Shown: piece after piece, positions 21,865 through 35,800 of the stretch
Layout of the letters: each line of letters starts with the position of its first letter
How positions within the stretch are numbered: the first letter of the stretch is position 1
NCBI GenBank assembly: GCA_051294375.1
Contig: CM119265.1
Location: forward strand, 22,518,636-22,582,635
Source of the DNA: Paraspadella gotoi
Lineage: Eukaryota; Animalia; Chaetognatha
DNA: 64,000 bases
Direction of reading: 5' to 3'
Notes under the pieces: model-generated
Databases searched by the model: none
The model's input: the letters and a program-made list of their open reading frames with translations, nothing else
What the model was told of the DNA's origin: nothing
Made by a program: the position numbers and the translations under genes

Positions 21865-24760
21865 ATGATTATCCTCTACGATGGGATCTCATGTTTTCGG
21901 ATCGCAGGAGCTTTGAGGCCGGACTTCTTGGGTAAGTGCCTTTAAAATCAATAAACTTTCCTGATCCTGAGTTAAAGATTGTTTCCGTTTCAAACAGTCT
22001 CGCTGCGGCGCGGCGCAGCGACGGCCTCCGCTGCGTCGTCACAGCCTCAACTCGTCCGTCGATCAAAAGAGGCCACGAGTGCCTGTTGCGTCCTCGATTT
22101 GCAGCCTGACGTGGAGCTGGGACCCATAGGTTAGGTAATCAAGGACTTAGCGAATGTCATTTTTACTACTTTGTATAGACAGACGATATACTCGTAAGCG
22201 TTCTTTTTTCAGAGGTTAAAGAGGCTTTCTTCCGATTGGCCAAACGTTTTCATCCGGACGCTGGAAGCGCAGAGGCAGATCCAGCCAAGTTCGCTTCCGT
22301 TCGAGACGCTTACAAAACGCTCATGGAGTCTGGCACCGTTGAGGGAGTCGGCGTACCGGGCGTCAGAACCGGTGAGCAAAGATTGTATATCCTCACTCGG
22401 TTTTGTGAACAAAAAGACTGTTTTAACGATGAAAAAAAGAAATTAAAAAAATGATTCGATCGGGTATTTTTGATCGCACCTCGGCATGAATTCCGTCCGT
22501 CTCTCCAAAATGAGAGAACCCGTTTTATCGAACTTTCATCAGATACGGTTCTCTTCTTCCTCTTTTCAATTTTCGATCTTTGATTGCCCTTTTAAAACAA
22601 TTGGGGAATGATAAACCGACTGCGAAAAAGTCTTAATATTCTCAACGGAATTATATTTAGTATCGTTATATTTGGTCCCCGGGTATTTTCATTTTTGATT
22701 TTCTCATAGTTTGGTTTACGACGACCTACTATTTCCTTTTTTATAATTTTATCTCAAGTTTTCTTCTCTCCTTTTTTTGTGTGTGAATGGCGAATTCAAT
22801 CGTGAATGTAACCGAAGAAAAAGATCCGATTCACCTTCGATCGCATTATATTTTTCTTTACGCTCGTCTGACGATGGGAAAGAAATTTAAGTGGGCGTAA
22901 AATGGAGAAAAACATGACCACCTCCTCCTCTCACAATTCTTTTTTCGTTTTACTTTTTGTGTTTTGAATTACTACGGTTTAACTTCGACCGAGTGGATTA
23001 CCTATCCATTCATTTTCGTGTGATTTTTTTTGGTTTTTTTTTTTGCGTCGTTAAAAAACGAGTTTTGGGGTCAGTTTTACACTTTTTTCCCCTCGGTGTT
23101 AATTGATTCTTTTTAAATCCGTAAAATGAATTTTTTTCTGGTCTACTACGGTTTGCTTAAAACATTACTCGTAAATAATAGCCTATCCAAAGCTTGTATA
23201 TTAAATTAATAGATAATTATTATATTGGTTTTTCCAATTTCAATGAATTTTCTTTTATGTACATTTTTCATAGTATCTGTAATTAAGTAGTTGTTTAGAT
23301 ATTTTATATCGTTATTTTTTTGGATGTTTGTTGAATCATTTACAATTTCGGCGGTTAAACTTCGAAAACTTGTGTTGCTCATGGACAGAGAATAGCCGAT
23401 GGGATAGTTTTTATCTAACTTTATATTACGTAAAAACCCCCCGACGACGTGAAGTTAAAATAACACCAAAACATGTCTAACATACGAAATTTTAAGCCAG
23501 CTAAAGTTAAAAGGGAAGAAAGAGGGAAAAAATTTCCGCCCCATTAACTCGTGAGTTTTTCCACCACAGAGGCTCAAGAAGAAGAGTTTACTGCTACCAT
23601 GGAAGAATTTGCTAGAACCTACGACGTAAGACACACCGCGCCCCAACATCGCCAGTACCTTAGTTTCGAAGGGTGAGCCGCGTCACCGTCTGCTTGAACA
23701 TTTCTATTTTTTTTTACTTAAAAAATTCTTAATCCTATTTTTGTCACTGCAGCTACGGACGGGGAGCTCCGATGCAACGACAGCGTCAGTACGACAAGCA
23801 CCGCGCCGAACGTGCCGCCGCTCGAGCCGCCGAATACAGAGTAGAAAAACTCGCCTGGAACGAGGAAAAGTCAGCCGTCGTCGTGGTTAGAAGAGACGAC
23901 GACGACGACGATTTGACATTAACAACGACTAAAAACGAGACAAAAAAGGGAGGACAAAGGCTACGAGGGCGACGACCGATATGACAACAATCATTTAGCG
24001 AAAGAAAAAAAACAACTGCAATTAAGGCGGCGACGACGACGACGACGACGACGTCGCCGACGGTTGTCCTTAAAGACTGACCATTGGTCAGTGACCAATG
24101 ACCATTCTTTCTTTCGAATTCTTTTTTTTTTACTCAGTCGTTTGACCCGAGCTATTTCCTTCCCCCCCCCCAGGACAAAAAAAAAGCCAAGGATATAAAG
24201 ACGAGATTCGGAATGGAAAGGGTAGTGGAGGATTTGATACAGGAAAGGTGAGGAAGACCTTTTTTGACCATGTTGTAATAATAATTAATTGTAATTGTAA
24301 TAAAGAATGAAATACGAATTCGCGCAACGCAGAAAATATTGATATTTTCAGCATCAGTCGTGGAGAGTTCGAAACGATCCAAGGTAAAGGGAAACCCTTG
24401 AGGCGAAAGGACTTGGAATCCAATCCTTATTCGGATTTCATGACCACGAAAATGAACGAAATTCTCATCAACAACGGATACCAACCGGAGTGGGTCGAGC
24501 TGGGGACTGAAATCAGGATGGACATGGCGGAGGCGAGAGGCAGGTTCGGAGGAGGAGAGGGCTTTTAACAGAGGGGGAAAAAAGTGGTGTTGTAGAATGA
24601 TCGGGGTTAATATGTACTTTCGGTTGAGGTTCAACGTCCCCTTTTTGGTTTAATTTAGAGGGACTGTTAGTGGTCGCCGCGTGGTTTAAATTGCGTCAAT
24701 TGACCGCCAACTAAAAAGAGGGACAGTTAAGCGATGCTACCCGTAGGACGTACGAAAAAT

Positions 24761-24811
<51 letters not shown>

Positions 24812-25346
24812 GACTCAGTCTCACGAGATCGAAGCTCGGGTCGTATCCCTTTGAAAACCCGTTGGACGAGCGGGATTGGGAGGATCACGTGAATCGTTTT
24901 AAGATCGAATGGAAAATCGTCAACGATAAGATATGGCGGTTTAACTTGTTGGTGAGAAGAGTCGTCTCGGTTTTATTTTCTCTCCATTAATTGGGGGGAA
25001 AAATTGCTTGAAGCGATTTTCTTACTCGTTTATATTTGTTTTCATAGGTGCCGACTTTAAATCAACAAATAATTCCCACCACCGCGGATAAGGAGTTGGA
25101 CAGAGTATTGAAGGACGAGGACGCGAAATTCCGCAGGGAACCGCGACCGCCTGAAATCGAAATCCATCGAAGTCGCCGGAAAAGTATGCGGCAGACCTGA
25201 AAGGGGTCCGGAAGAATCAGTGAATAACCCCCCCCGCGTTTTTATTAATCCCACCCTCAGGTGTGAACGCGTCGGGTCGTGATTATGTCGAGACTCCGAT
25301 GGATTTATTTCAACAATTATTGACCAATATATTTCGTTGGAAGTGA
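21865..25346 (+). CDS. DNAJC28: DnaJ homolog subfamily C member 28 (J domain + DUF1992-type region), about 10 exons
   Basis: J domain EVKEAFFRLAKRFHPD. Family-typical segments [68 protein letters not shown] and FNLLVPTLNQQ. Exons join in frame from ATG 21865. The last exon (25261-25346) is inferred; an unspliced alternative would stop at 25200. Confidence 0.92.
24766..24808. repeat. (CT)n microsatellite directly upstream of a splice acceptor
   Basis: The CT run ends in CACAG at a DNAJC28 exon start and can serve as the polypyrimidine tract. Confidence 0.9.
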
Positions 25347-25772
25347 ATCTTTTTTGACGATATCCTTCGACCCGTAGCTCCGATTTCGGCGTTTTCTATT
25401 CGCGAGACTCTAGTCATCCTCTGTTTTTTTCGATATTTTTTTATCATAAACTATTTGTCAGTTCATTGAACCTGTGATAAATAAAAAGTGAAAAAAATTA
25501 TTGGGGAAAAAAAAGATGTCTGCCAAAGATTTTCCATCTGACTCGAGCCATCGGCGCTTAGATTTTCCCCAAGGAGTAAACAAATCAGAAGGTTGGACTT
25601 TTAATATTTTAATCAAATTTGTTCACAAAAGAAAAAAAAAATCTCCCTCTCTCTCTCTCTCTTCCCCCCTCCCCTCCTTTTCCCCCTTTTCCCCCCCGAT
25701 CGGACTTAAACAAAAGTCGTCGATCGATCATCGTCACTGACGTCACCGTCCCCGAATCCCCTTCTCGTCGAG

Positions 25773-26507
25773 ATGAGCCGCCGCGAATCGGCGATGATGC
25801 GGGCTGCGCGCTCCGATCCCGACTCGATTTCCAACTCCGATCTCCGCCGTTACGCGCAGTTTCAACTCTCCTGCTGCGCGGCACTCCTCGCCTCCGTCCC
25901 TTTCGAGATGGACGTCGTCCCGACGTCGAAAGTTGAATGGCACCAAAGCCAGCTCTCCGCTCGATCGAGACAAGAAAATTCGGAGCGCGGGATTCTTTGT
26001 CGCGTTATCGAGTCCGTTTTGAGTCCCGTTTTGGATTTGGAAGAAGATTCCAGTTTTCCCTGCGAGTTGGTCGGCGATTATCGAGGCGGCGGCTGCTTCT
26101 GTGGCTGTTGCAGCGGCGACGAAGTTGAACGCGTCCCCGCGAGGAGGAGGAGGAGGAGGAGAAAGAACAAAAACAAGACCAAGCCGAAGGAGAATTCTGA
26201 TGACCCGTTTGATCTATCGTCTATTAATGGTGTCGGCAAGAATTTCCGAGTCGACGATTTAAATTTCCAAGCTCGTGATCCTTCCGTTTTGGTTGACGTT
26301 TCTTCAAACGATCCGCCGACAAAAGCGTCCCTCCCGTCTCTCGCTCTTTTCTCAGAACCATTGCTCGAGCCCCGTCTTGACTCTGAGCGCGATGCCTCCT
26401 CGGGTCAGTGTTCGCCGCCAAAACCCCTGATCCTGCGCGGATTGCGCGCGCTCATCTCCGCTAAACACAAGCCTTCGATTAGGCTCGATCTCGACGAAGA
26501 TCTTTGA
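25773..26507 (+). CDS. Intronless orphan ORF, 244 aa (separate gene or upstream ORF of MAST)
   Basis: ATG-to-TGA ORF with exon-like GC content bounded by AT-rich DNA. Contains a CFCGCC cluster and a basic RRRRRRRKNKNKTKPK tract. No family recognised. Confidence 0.45.
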   Translation: MSRRESAMMRAARSDPDSISNSDLRRYAQFQLSCCAALLASVPFEMDVVPTSKVEWHQSQLSARSRQENSERGILCRVIESVLSPVLDLEEDSSFPCELVGDYRGGGCFCGCCSGDEVERVPARRRRRRRKNKNKTKPKENSDDPFDLSSINGVGKNFRVDDLNFQARDPSVLVDVSSNDPPTKASLPSLALFSEPLLEPRLDSERDASSGQCSPPKPLILRGLRALISAKHKPSIRLDLDEDL

Positions 26508-27133
26508 TCGTCTTGCAATCGACTATTTTTTTTTTCAGTTTTATGACGAAGTTATCGTTTAAGTTTTACACTTTCGCAACACGAAATATCTCACTAAAGT
26601 TTTTTCCGTTCGATTTTCTTTTTTTAAAACCAAATGCGTTTTTTTTCCTACGTGATTCGTTACTTGTATAAAAAAGCATGACTTTATTTTCAGATGTATT
26701 AATTTACTGTACATCCCTGACAGAGGGATGTTAATTTGACTCGCGTAATGGGGAACTGTATTTTTCGTGGTTTTTACGTCATTAGATGGGCATTAAAGAT
26801 AATCAAATAAGTTGGGGAAATGGTTGCGGCCCAAAAACTAAAGAGCTACAGCAGGCTCCAGGCACCGCTACTCTTCTGCAACGGTGGACGAGCGGATCGA
26901 TCGCGTGCTTCCCTCGATCCGCATATGACGAGAAAAGAGGCTAATGCCTCGTTAACTTTTGAATTTTCGCTAAGACCCATCCGGAAATAGATGGAGAGGC
27001 AGCGCGCGCTTCTTCGCTGGTTCGCGTGTTCGTCGTCCGGCAGACCGTCCGGCGAAAGAGCGACGACAATTTTTGAAGGACACGGCACCATCAAATAAAC
27101 GAAAACTGCACTCCTCGACTCCTATCCGCTGTC

Positions 27134-30100
27134 ATGTCGACGAACAAACCAGCGGTTGGGACGAAGTCGAAAGACGAAGGGGCGGAAAAACCAGGTCCCC
27201 CGATTCAGGCCTTGAGAGATCGAGCCACTTCCTGTCCGAATCCGCACGTTTGTTCTCACCCTTTGCACGCGACCAACGCCTCCCTCCCCTCGCAATCTAA
27301 GACCGCCTTTCGCCCACAAGTTACAACCTCGCCCAATAAGAACAACCCTTCGGCTCCTCCCGTACCGCCATTGGTCGGCGCCGTGCCCAAAACTCCTCCT
27401 CGACGCCACCCAAAGCTCAACCCCCACCAGAAGGTTCTCGACATGCACCTGCACATCCCTCAACCTTCGGACACGCAACAGGATTCTAGTTTCACTCCCA
27501 GCGCAATTGGTCGCGCTGACGCCGACGCCACTCTCACCTTTTCTCCGAAGAACAGTGGAAATATGGCGGCCCAAGCGACCACGGCCGCCACTTTTGCGAC
27601 TTTTTTGAAACGCCACGGCCTGCAAGATTTTCTACATTATTTCCCGACCGATTTTACGGTTGGTCAGTTTCGCTCGTTGACCGAGGAAGATCTCCTTCTC
27701 AAATACGGCATAAAAAATCCTATGGCGCGACGTAAGTTCATGTCCGTGCTGGCCGGCACGTCTCGGAAACCGCGCGATCATACACTACGTAACTCTGTCG
27801 GAACTCCGGTCATGTCGCCCATCGCTCCTCCTGTTAATCCAGGAGTCCACGGACTGCAACACTTCGGACCTCCGCTGCCGGCGCCCCCGGTCCTCTCCCC
27901 GCTGCCTATCTCTCCGGCGGCGATGCTGGCGTTAGTCGACGCGGATGTGTCCCCTTTGCCGTCGCCCTCAAATCCACTGGGCCCGGGCTTTCCCCAGCGC
28001 AGCGCCTCCATCCATGCGCTGACGGGCGGCAACGTAGCGCCGCCCCCGATGCACGCGCCCGGCATTTCGTCGCCCGTGTCCTCCGTGCAGTCCCCGGCCG
28101 CTTTGCGCCTGAGTCGCCAGTGGTCGTTGGGCGCCAACGACGCTCTAAGCTTGCTGCACCGCAGCCCGCACTCGGGGCGAAGCCGGCGCTTCAGCGGGCA
28201 CTTCTTGTCTCCGTCGATGGGCGGCGGTTCGGTATCAAACGTAGGCGCCCCGATAGGCCTCCAGGTGGGCCTCAGCGGCGGCGGACTGCTAAGGCATGGC
28301 CACTCGACTTCCAACCTGCAATTCTCGTCCGTGGGCGAGTCGGCCTCGGGGGCGTCGAACGTCTTTAGCGAGTCCAACCTGGTACGCATGAGGAACTCGT
28401 CGAGGGGCCACTCGGCTCCCTGCCTGACGTCGCTGGGGAGAAGCGAGCTCTCTTTTTCGCCGCCATTCTCGTCGTCGTTCTCGCAGTCGAGGAAGAACAG
28501 GTGCGTTATTAAATTGTAATTTATTTGTGTATTATGGCAACAGCCGGGTTGCCTGTGATGCCTATTGGGATGGGGCATCTCACTGTTGGCTTTGGGGGCT
28601 TCCGACCCTCAGTGACGCCTCCAGTCACTGGCGCGGTTACCCTAGGACGGTCTCGCTTTGCCAACGCAGAGGGAAGTCGTTAGGACTGTGGATGGAACAC
28701 TACGCCTGGGATGGTGTGTTCCCCCTCTGAGCCAATGGATTTGGCTGAAGGATGACGGACGTGAGGCGGTGTGAATATACCGCCACAGTATTACGTTTAT
28801 TAAATCGGATTTTACTATTTTTTATCACCTTCAATTCCATTTCAGGTCCCATTCTCGACGCTCTCTGAACATTCTTGGTCCAAGCGTTCATCCTCATTTC
28901 AACTTAACGTCGCCGACGATTCCCAGAGGTCATTCTCCGGTGACCATAGCGACACAACCATCCAATTCGGTCACGTCTCTGCCAACGGAGCCCGCGGTAA
29001 TGCAACATCACCAACATCAACACCACCACAGCCCCGCCATCAGCGTGACTCGCGCCGCTGTAGCACCGCCGCATGTCAACGCACCTCCGCCATTCATAGG
29101 CGGATCGAGTTTCCGACCCATCAAATCGATGACTTTTTCTACTTGCGATCAGAGGTAATTACTTAGTATTTACAAGTTTTTTAATGATTTCTAAAATATA
29201 TTTAAACTGGTATCTTTTAAATTTTTTCGTTAAAAAAAAAGCCGAGTTTTTGGCGGGTAAGTTAATATTTTTTATTCGGCGTTCTGGTGTTGCTTAAGTC
29301 GTCTCCTCGCTGCAACTGGGGGTGGGTACTTGAGCGATAACGACCAGGTTTTTATCGGATCCCACCCCGGCTCGTTTCAATTTTCAATTTTCTTTTTCAC
29401 TGGCTTAATCTCCGCAAATTGCTAGGAAACTTCGCGCATCACATGCTAGTGTGGCTTCAATCATTTTACCTTTTTTTTTAATTTAGCGTTAAAGCAAGAC
29501 ACGTTTTTTCTTTCTTTTAAATTACGGTTTTTACAGCAGATCTCTGCTCTATAATCCACCTTGTTGGTCTCTCGGTCCCACCGGAAAATCCTGTTGTTAA
29601 ATCACTTATATCATTGCAGAACTTCAAATTATAAAAAAATTATGCCAAGAAATGGATGTCTGTAATCCGTCCGTCCGTCCTTCCCCCCCCCCTTCCCCCC
29701 TGAGCTTTAAACGCCAATTACTCATAAGTGGATCGGGTGATTGATTTGAAAATTTGTGTGATAAAGAAGTGTATGATTGAGCTGGAAATCAAGTTTTGAT
29801 GGAATCATCCGAGCAGAAATCAGTTTAAAAAAAAAAAGTTTCTTTATTTGATTTTTTTCATATGAAATTTAAAAATAACCATAATTACTACAATTATGAC
29901 AATCACAATTTCCATCATAAAAAGCATAACGACAAAAACCTAAAACTATAAAACCTAAAAAAAAAGGATAACGCAAGATTAATCATAACTTATCTGATTA
30001 GCAGCTTACCGCTTAATAATCGTGGGAAGATCCAGCATGGTTTGGCAAACAGTTTGAGCAAACAATGTTTGCTCAAACTTGGGGAAAATTTTGCTTGTAA

Positions 30101-32858
30101 TTTTACGGTTTGGATATTCTTAGACGTAATTGGTTCCCTTGAAACCATTTTTTCCTCTCTGTAATTTCTCAAGTCATCGCGTTTCTTGTTTTTATCAGGA
30201 GATGGTCGACTGCTTCATTGCCATCGTCGGGCTACAGCACGAACGAACCCGCGAGTTCCTCCAACGTTTCTTCGCAATGTTCGTCGCACGAGAGACTTCA
30301 CCAGGTGATGACTTTGTCGAAAGCTACTAGTCAGTAGCTAGTAGTCATACATGGAATTGTTCGTGAGTTTGTTTAAGATGTACATACTAAAAATGTACGT
30401 TCTCAAATGTATGTACTGAATTAGGTTAGGTTAGTGGTAGGATAGTTTATTAACATAAATGATAAAGGACCAGGAGGTTAACTTTGTTACTATTTACTTT
30501 ACTATCTATTTTGAACTCGCAATTATAATATAACAAATTATATATAACAAATATATACAATATAACAAATTATAATATAACAAATATTTTTATGACGCCA
30601 ATATTGCAGCTTCACCACGGCCCAGAGTGGGCTTCACAATTTTCTAGCAACGAGTCGAACCCGTCGCTGGAAGTCGACATTCCTAACTTGACGTCCTTCT
30701 CCGGGGGCGACGGCTCCGCCACGCCTAAGTCGCCCTGCCTAGCTCGACCCCGCTCGCGCTCCCTCAGTTCTCCATCGCACTCACCCGTGGGGCCCGCGTT
30801 TGCGGGAGTCAATCTGATCCAGGAGTCGCAGGAGATCGCGATGCTCAACGAGATCTACAAGGAACGCTTCCCCAAAGCGACGGCGCAGATGGAAGAAAAA
30901 TTGGCTGCGTTTATCGCTGATTTGGAACAGGTTAACGAGAGGATGAAGTTCATTGTTGAATTTCAACTTTATAAAGTTTACTAAAATTTGTTATCAATCT
31001 CAATTTTTTAACAGTCACTGCAATCGAGATTGGATTTGGTCGGAGTGGAAGGAGTAGCTTCATACGTGCTGCATCAAGTTTTAGAGCTGTCAAGGTAATA
31101 CACAGGTTCGGTTGTTTGTCGCGAATGAGATTTAAGAACGCGTTTATAACAAATTCGCTAAAGAAAAAAGACGTTAGGAACGAGAATAGCACTTAACTAT
31201 CCGGGGTTTTTATTAATCGATCAACATTAACTTCAAGTGGATCGATTAGAAAGGCCCCAGATTGCGATATTATTTAAAAAAATTTGCCCCAATTGAAGGA
31301 AATAATGCTTAGATACGAGCGATTCATCGACACAGCAACTCATTGTAAATAAACTTGTAAATTGTAATTAAGCTTTCCCTTTTTTAACGACAGAAACGTT
31401 CTCCAACGTTCTCGAGAGAACAAAGTGACGTCGGAATACTTTTACGAGTTGTCGCAGACGCTGGCGCTGCTGCTTAACGACGTCCGCGAGCGATCTCCGG
31501 CCTCGAGCTGCGTCATCACGGATCAGATCCGCAAGATGATGATGATCATCGCTCGTCCGGCGCGGCTCTTGGAATGCCTCGAGTTCGATCCCGAGGACTT
31601 TTACAACCAGATGCTCGACATGGAGGGAGAAGTGAGAACCATGCAGATGATGCAGAGGATCAACACGCAGAACCAAGGGGCCATAGCTCAACATCCGCAA
31701 ATCGTCGCCCCCGCTCTCTCTGTTCACGAAACTGGTGAGGGGGAGAAGTCGTGAATTTTTTGCTTTAAATGTTCTTTTCTCGTTTGCATTTTATTTTATC
31801 TTCCCATCTCCATCCTTTTGCAGGGGCCAACTTGAATTTGGGCTACAACGAAGGCTCCTCTGTGCTAGACATCGCCAAATACGTGCTCAGCTATTTAGGC
31901 ATGGCCCGCGATCCAAACGAGGGTGTCAACTTAAAGGAGTCGGACTCGGGTCGACCCGATACCCCAGACACGGACGAGCTGGAGTCGGCCGCCGCTGAGA
32001 CTCCGCCGTCAAGCGCTGCCACACCAGAACCGACACCGTCGGTACCGGTCCACCCTCCCACGCCGTGCGAGGACGACTTCGAGACCATAAAGCTCATCTC
32101 CAACGGGGCTTACGGCGCTGTCTTCCTCGTCAGGCACAAAACCAGCAAGGAGCGGTTCGCCATGAAAAAGATGAGCAAGGGAAACGTTATACTCCGTAAC
32201 CAGATTGATCAGGTCTTCACCGAACGAGACATCCTCACCTTTTCCGACAATCCCTTCGTCGTCAGCCTCTTCTGCAGCTTCGAGACCAAGACTCACCTCT
32301 GCTTCGTCATGGAGTACGTGGAAGGTGGGGACTGCGCCACGCTGCTTCGCAATATTGGTGGCCCGCTGCCGCTGGACATGGCGCGCCAGTATTTCGCCGA
32401 AGCGGTCCTTGCGCTCGAATATCTCCATAACTTCGGCATTGTGCACCGGGACATCAAGCCGGACAACATGCTCATCACTTCCGAGGGACACATTAAGCTC
32501 ACTGACTTTGGTCTTTCCAAGATCGGACTCATGAACATGACCACTAATCTGTACGAGCGTTGCCTCGACGCCGAGTCCACTATGTTTAAGGACAATCAAG
32601 TCTTTGGGACGCCCGAATACATTGCGCCGGAAGTCATCATTCGGCAGGGGTACGGGAAGCCCGTCGACTGGTGGAGCATGGGGATCGTTCTTTACGAGTT
32701 CCTCGTCGGGTGCACTCCTTTTTTTGGCGAGACGCCAGAGGAACTCTTTTCTCAGGTTCGCTCTCTTTCTCTCTGCCTCTCTCGCTGCCTCATCTGATTC
32801 GTCTAAAAACGAGTTCAGCTCTGCAGCGGCTGGACTTCTCTCTCTCTCTCTCTCCCTT

Positions 32859-32893
<35 letters not shown>

Positions 32894-35800
32894 TATACAC
32901 GCATTGTTTGTTTGTTTGTTTTTGTTTGTTTTACTTACTGTGAATCACTTATCGCGTCAATGAATGACTCTCATTGCAACAATGAATGACTATCATTGCA
33001 TCAGTGAATGACTATCATTGCATCAGTGAATGACTATCATTGCATCAGTGAATGACTATCATTGCATCAGTGAATGACTATAATCGCATCAGTGAATGAC
33101 TATCATCGCATCAATCATTTGGTAATCATCGCATCAATCATTTGGTTATCATTGCATTAATCATTTGGTTATCATCGCATCAATCATTTGGTTATCATCG
33201 CATCAGTGAATGACTATCATCGCATCAGTGAATGACTATCATCGCATCAATCATTTGATTCTCATCGCATCAATCATTTGGTTATCATCGCATCAATCAT
33301 CAATTGTTTTTTTGAAATAATGGATATTGGATAATTTTGTACATGCCATGCTTTATTTATTTTAGGCCATTGCCTGCGACATCGAATGGCCAAACGATCC
33401 GAGCCATCCCAACGCCCCCAATGATCCAGACGACGTGGCCCGTGACTTGATCGAAGGTCTTCTCCAACAAGACCCACGAGATCGATTCGGGGTCGAAGAA
33501 GTCAAGAGGCATCAGTTCTTTTATGACCTCGACTTTCTTACACTATTGAGGCAAAAGGTAACACAAGTGAAAACGATTAGTGATTAATGATTAATTGACA
33601 TTTTCCTGAAAACTGGACAACTTCTTCAGGCCCAGTGGATCCCCGAGATCGAAGGCGAGGAGGACACGAGTTACTTCGACACTCGACAAGATCGTTACGA
33701 TCACTCGACCACTTTGCAGTCGGGGGAGGAGAAGGAAGCGGAAGAGGAGGTTGGCGACGCCCTCTTCGCTGCCTTCAACACTTGTTCTCCTCGTTACAGC
33801 GTCACCGGCGGTCACGCCTTCTCCAGGTACGGATGCTTAGCAAATTGTTTTTTACTAAAATCTAAGAGAAAATGTTTCGCTTTATTCATTCCTCCTCGCA
33901 TTCTTTTTATCTCCTCAAGACACTCCTCCGCTGAGGGCGGCGATTTACGCGGCCGTAAACCCTCCTCGTCCTCGCGGTGCTCGTCTTTTTGCTCGGACGT
34001 CTCGACGTCCGACCTGTCGACGGGCGCTTCGTCAGCATCTCCTGTTTCCCACCTCCTCGACTCCCCGGCCGCTTCGCCCCGTGTCCCTTTCCTATCTCGC
34101 TCTTCTCTCAGCGCCACCTCGGTTCTTTCCCAAGAGACCTCCAACGCATCCAAGACGAGCGAAGGGCCTCACTACCGGGTCTCCTTCACAGGCGACTTCG
34201 AGGATAGTGACGATTCTTCTAACAACAACAACGTCCTTGCAAATTCCAACAACAGCAACAACAATCACATCAACGCCGTTTTCCGTGAGACCGACAACGG
34301 CATCAAACCTTTGATCGGCGTTGTTTCGGCCGATGGCGTCCCGACGCCGCTGGTCGAGAAGTCGACACCGGCGCCGATTTCCGCCTCCGATCTCAAAGCC
34401 ACATCAGCGCGCGCTTCGTCCTTCGCGTTTTCCTCTCCCACCTCCTCCTCCCACGTGACCCCCGCGTCGCCGTCATCCTCGGTCGCGAGGATGGCGACCG
34501 AGGCGGATTCCTTCAAACTCATCACGGCCTCGAAAGGGTCGAGCGGCGGCGCGGATCCTCACCGCCTCAATCAGAGTTCGTCGTTTTCTCTGACGTCGAC
34601 GTCGTCAACTTCGTCGTCGTCGTCTTCTTACAAATCGGTGCCCGAGTCGAATAGCAGAGACGATATCCCCTCGACCAACCTGCCTCGCTTCTCCATATCA
34701 GTGGAGGACGGTCCCAAGAGTCCCATCAATCTTAAAGAGTTGTCGCCGGTCGAAGAACACGAGGACAAAGAGAAAGAGTTGGACTTTGGAGATGACGACG
34801 ACGACGATGAGGACGATGTCGCCGGCGAGTTGGGACGCGACGGCGATGAAGGTGACGTCGATCCGGACAGCTCGTTGGAGGTGGAGCCGTTCGACTACCG
34901 ATCCTCGGGAACGTTGAAGAAGTCGCACGAAGGCAGCGCCAAGGAGACCGTCGTCGTTCGACGACGCAAGGACGCAATTCTCGGACAAGGTTCTCCAAAC
35001 GGGAAGACCTTCGTGCCGATTGATCGGGATCGAGAGAATTCTCCGTCGTCGGCGTCGAAGCAAACGCAGCAGCAGCAAGAGGATCGACTTCAGCAAAGGG
35101 ATGGAGCCGTGCCTCCGCCGCCGCTCACTTTGTGCATCCCGGCCAGAGGTGGTCCGGCCTTGACCTCCGACGAACCCGCGATGATGATATCGCCTCCGGC
35201 AACCGCCTCGATCGCCGGGCAGCCCCTGAAAATGTCGGGGGTTTTAGCCGAAACGATTCCTTCTCCGATCAGCAGCGTCACTTCCTCCCGCGACACCTCG
35301 CCCACCCGCAGCGGGCCATTGTCGTCGAGTGAGTCAAAACAAGCGTTTCTGTTTTTAATTTCGAACTCTTCATTTAATGTTTTTTTCCCCAGCCGCCTCT
35401 CCCCATCACTCGCAAACTTACAATCTAGTCAAACCTCCAATCGTTATCAAGAGAGGACCGAGAGGCTTAGGTTTCACCATGCGCGCAATCAGGGTTTACA
35501 ACTACGACTCTCCCCTTACGGGTAAAGAATGGAATTTGCCGAACCAAGACAACTCCAGAAAGACCAAAAAAGAAAAAAAACTACGTATAATAATAAGAAC
35601 AAATATAATGATAATCAATTTAAATTTTCACACCCATCCTTAACTCCAGGTTCTCGCGGCGCGGTTCCCGGTTCCGCCCATTCCCGCAAAGGATTGGATC
35701 AGTCGTACACGATGCAGCACGTCGTTATGTCCGTGACCGAGAACGGACCCGCTCACGAAGCCGGCCTTCAAAAGGGCGACCTCATCACTCATATCAACAG

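Noticed and set aside
24083-24101. Perfect 9-bp hairpin CATTGGTCA-G-TGACCAATG
   Set aside because: Single, short and intronic, with no second copy or context to support function.
30421-30434. TTAGG repeats suggesting interstitial telomere (also the CCTAA run at 1966-1995)
   Set aside because: Only two or three units, a common motif inside invertebrate repeats.
32955-33300. Regular 22-23-bp repeats as a possible CRISPR array
   Set aside because: Units are contiguous with no unique spacers, there are no cas genes, and the context is a eukaryotic intron.
27778-35305. Long antisense ORFs over MAST exons (27778-28578, 32009-32599, 34698-35096)
   Set aside because: Shadow frames of GC-rich coding exons with no independent motifs.
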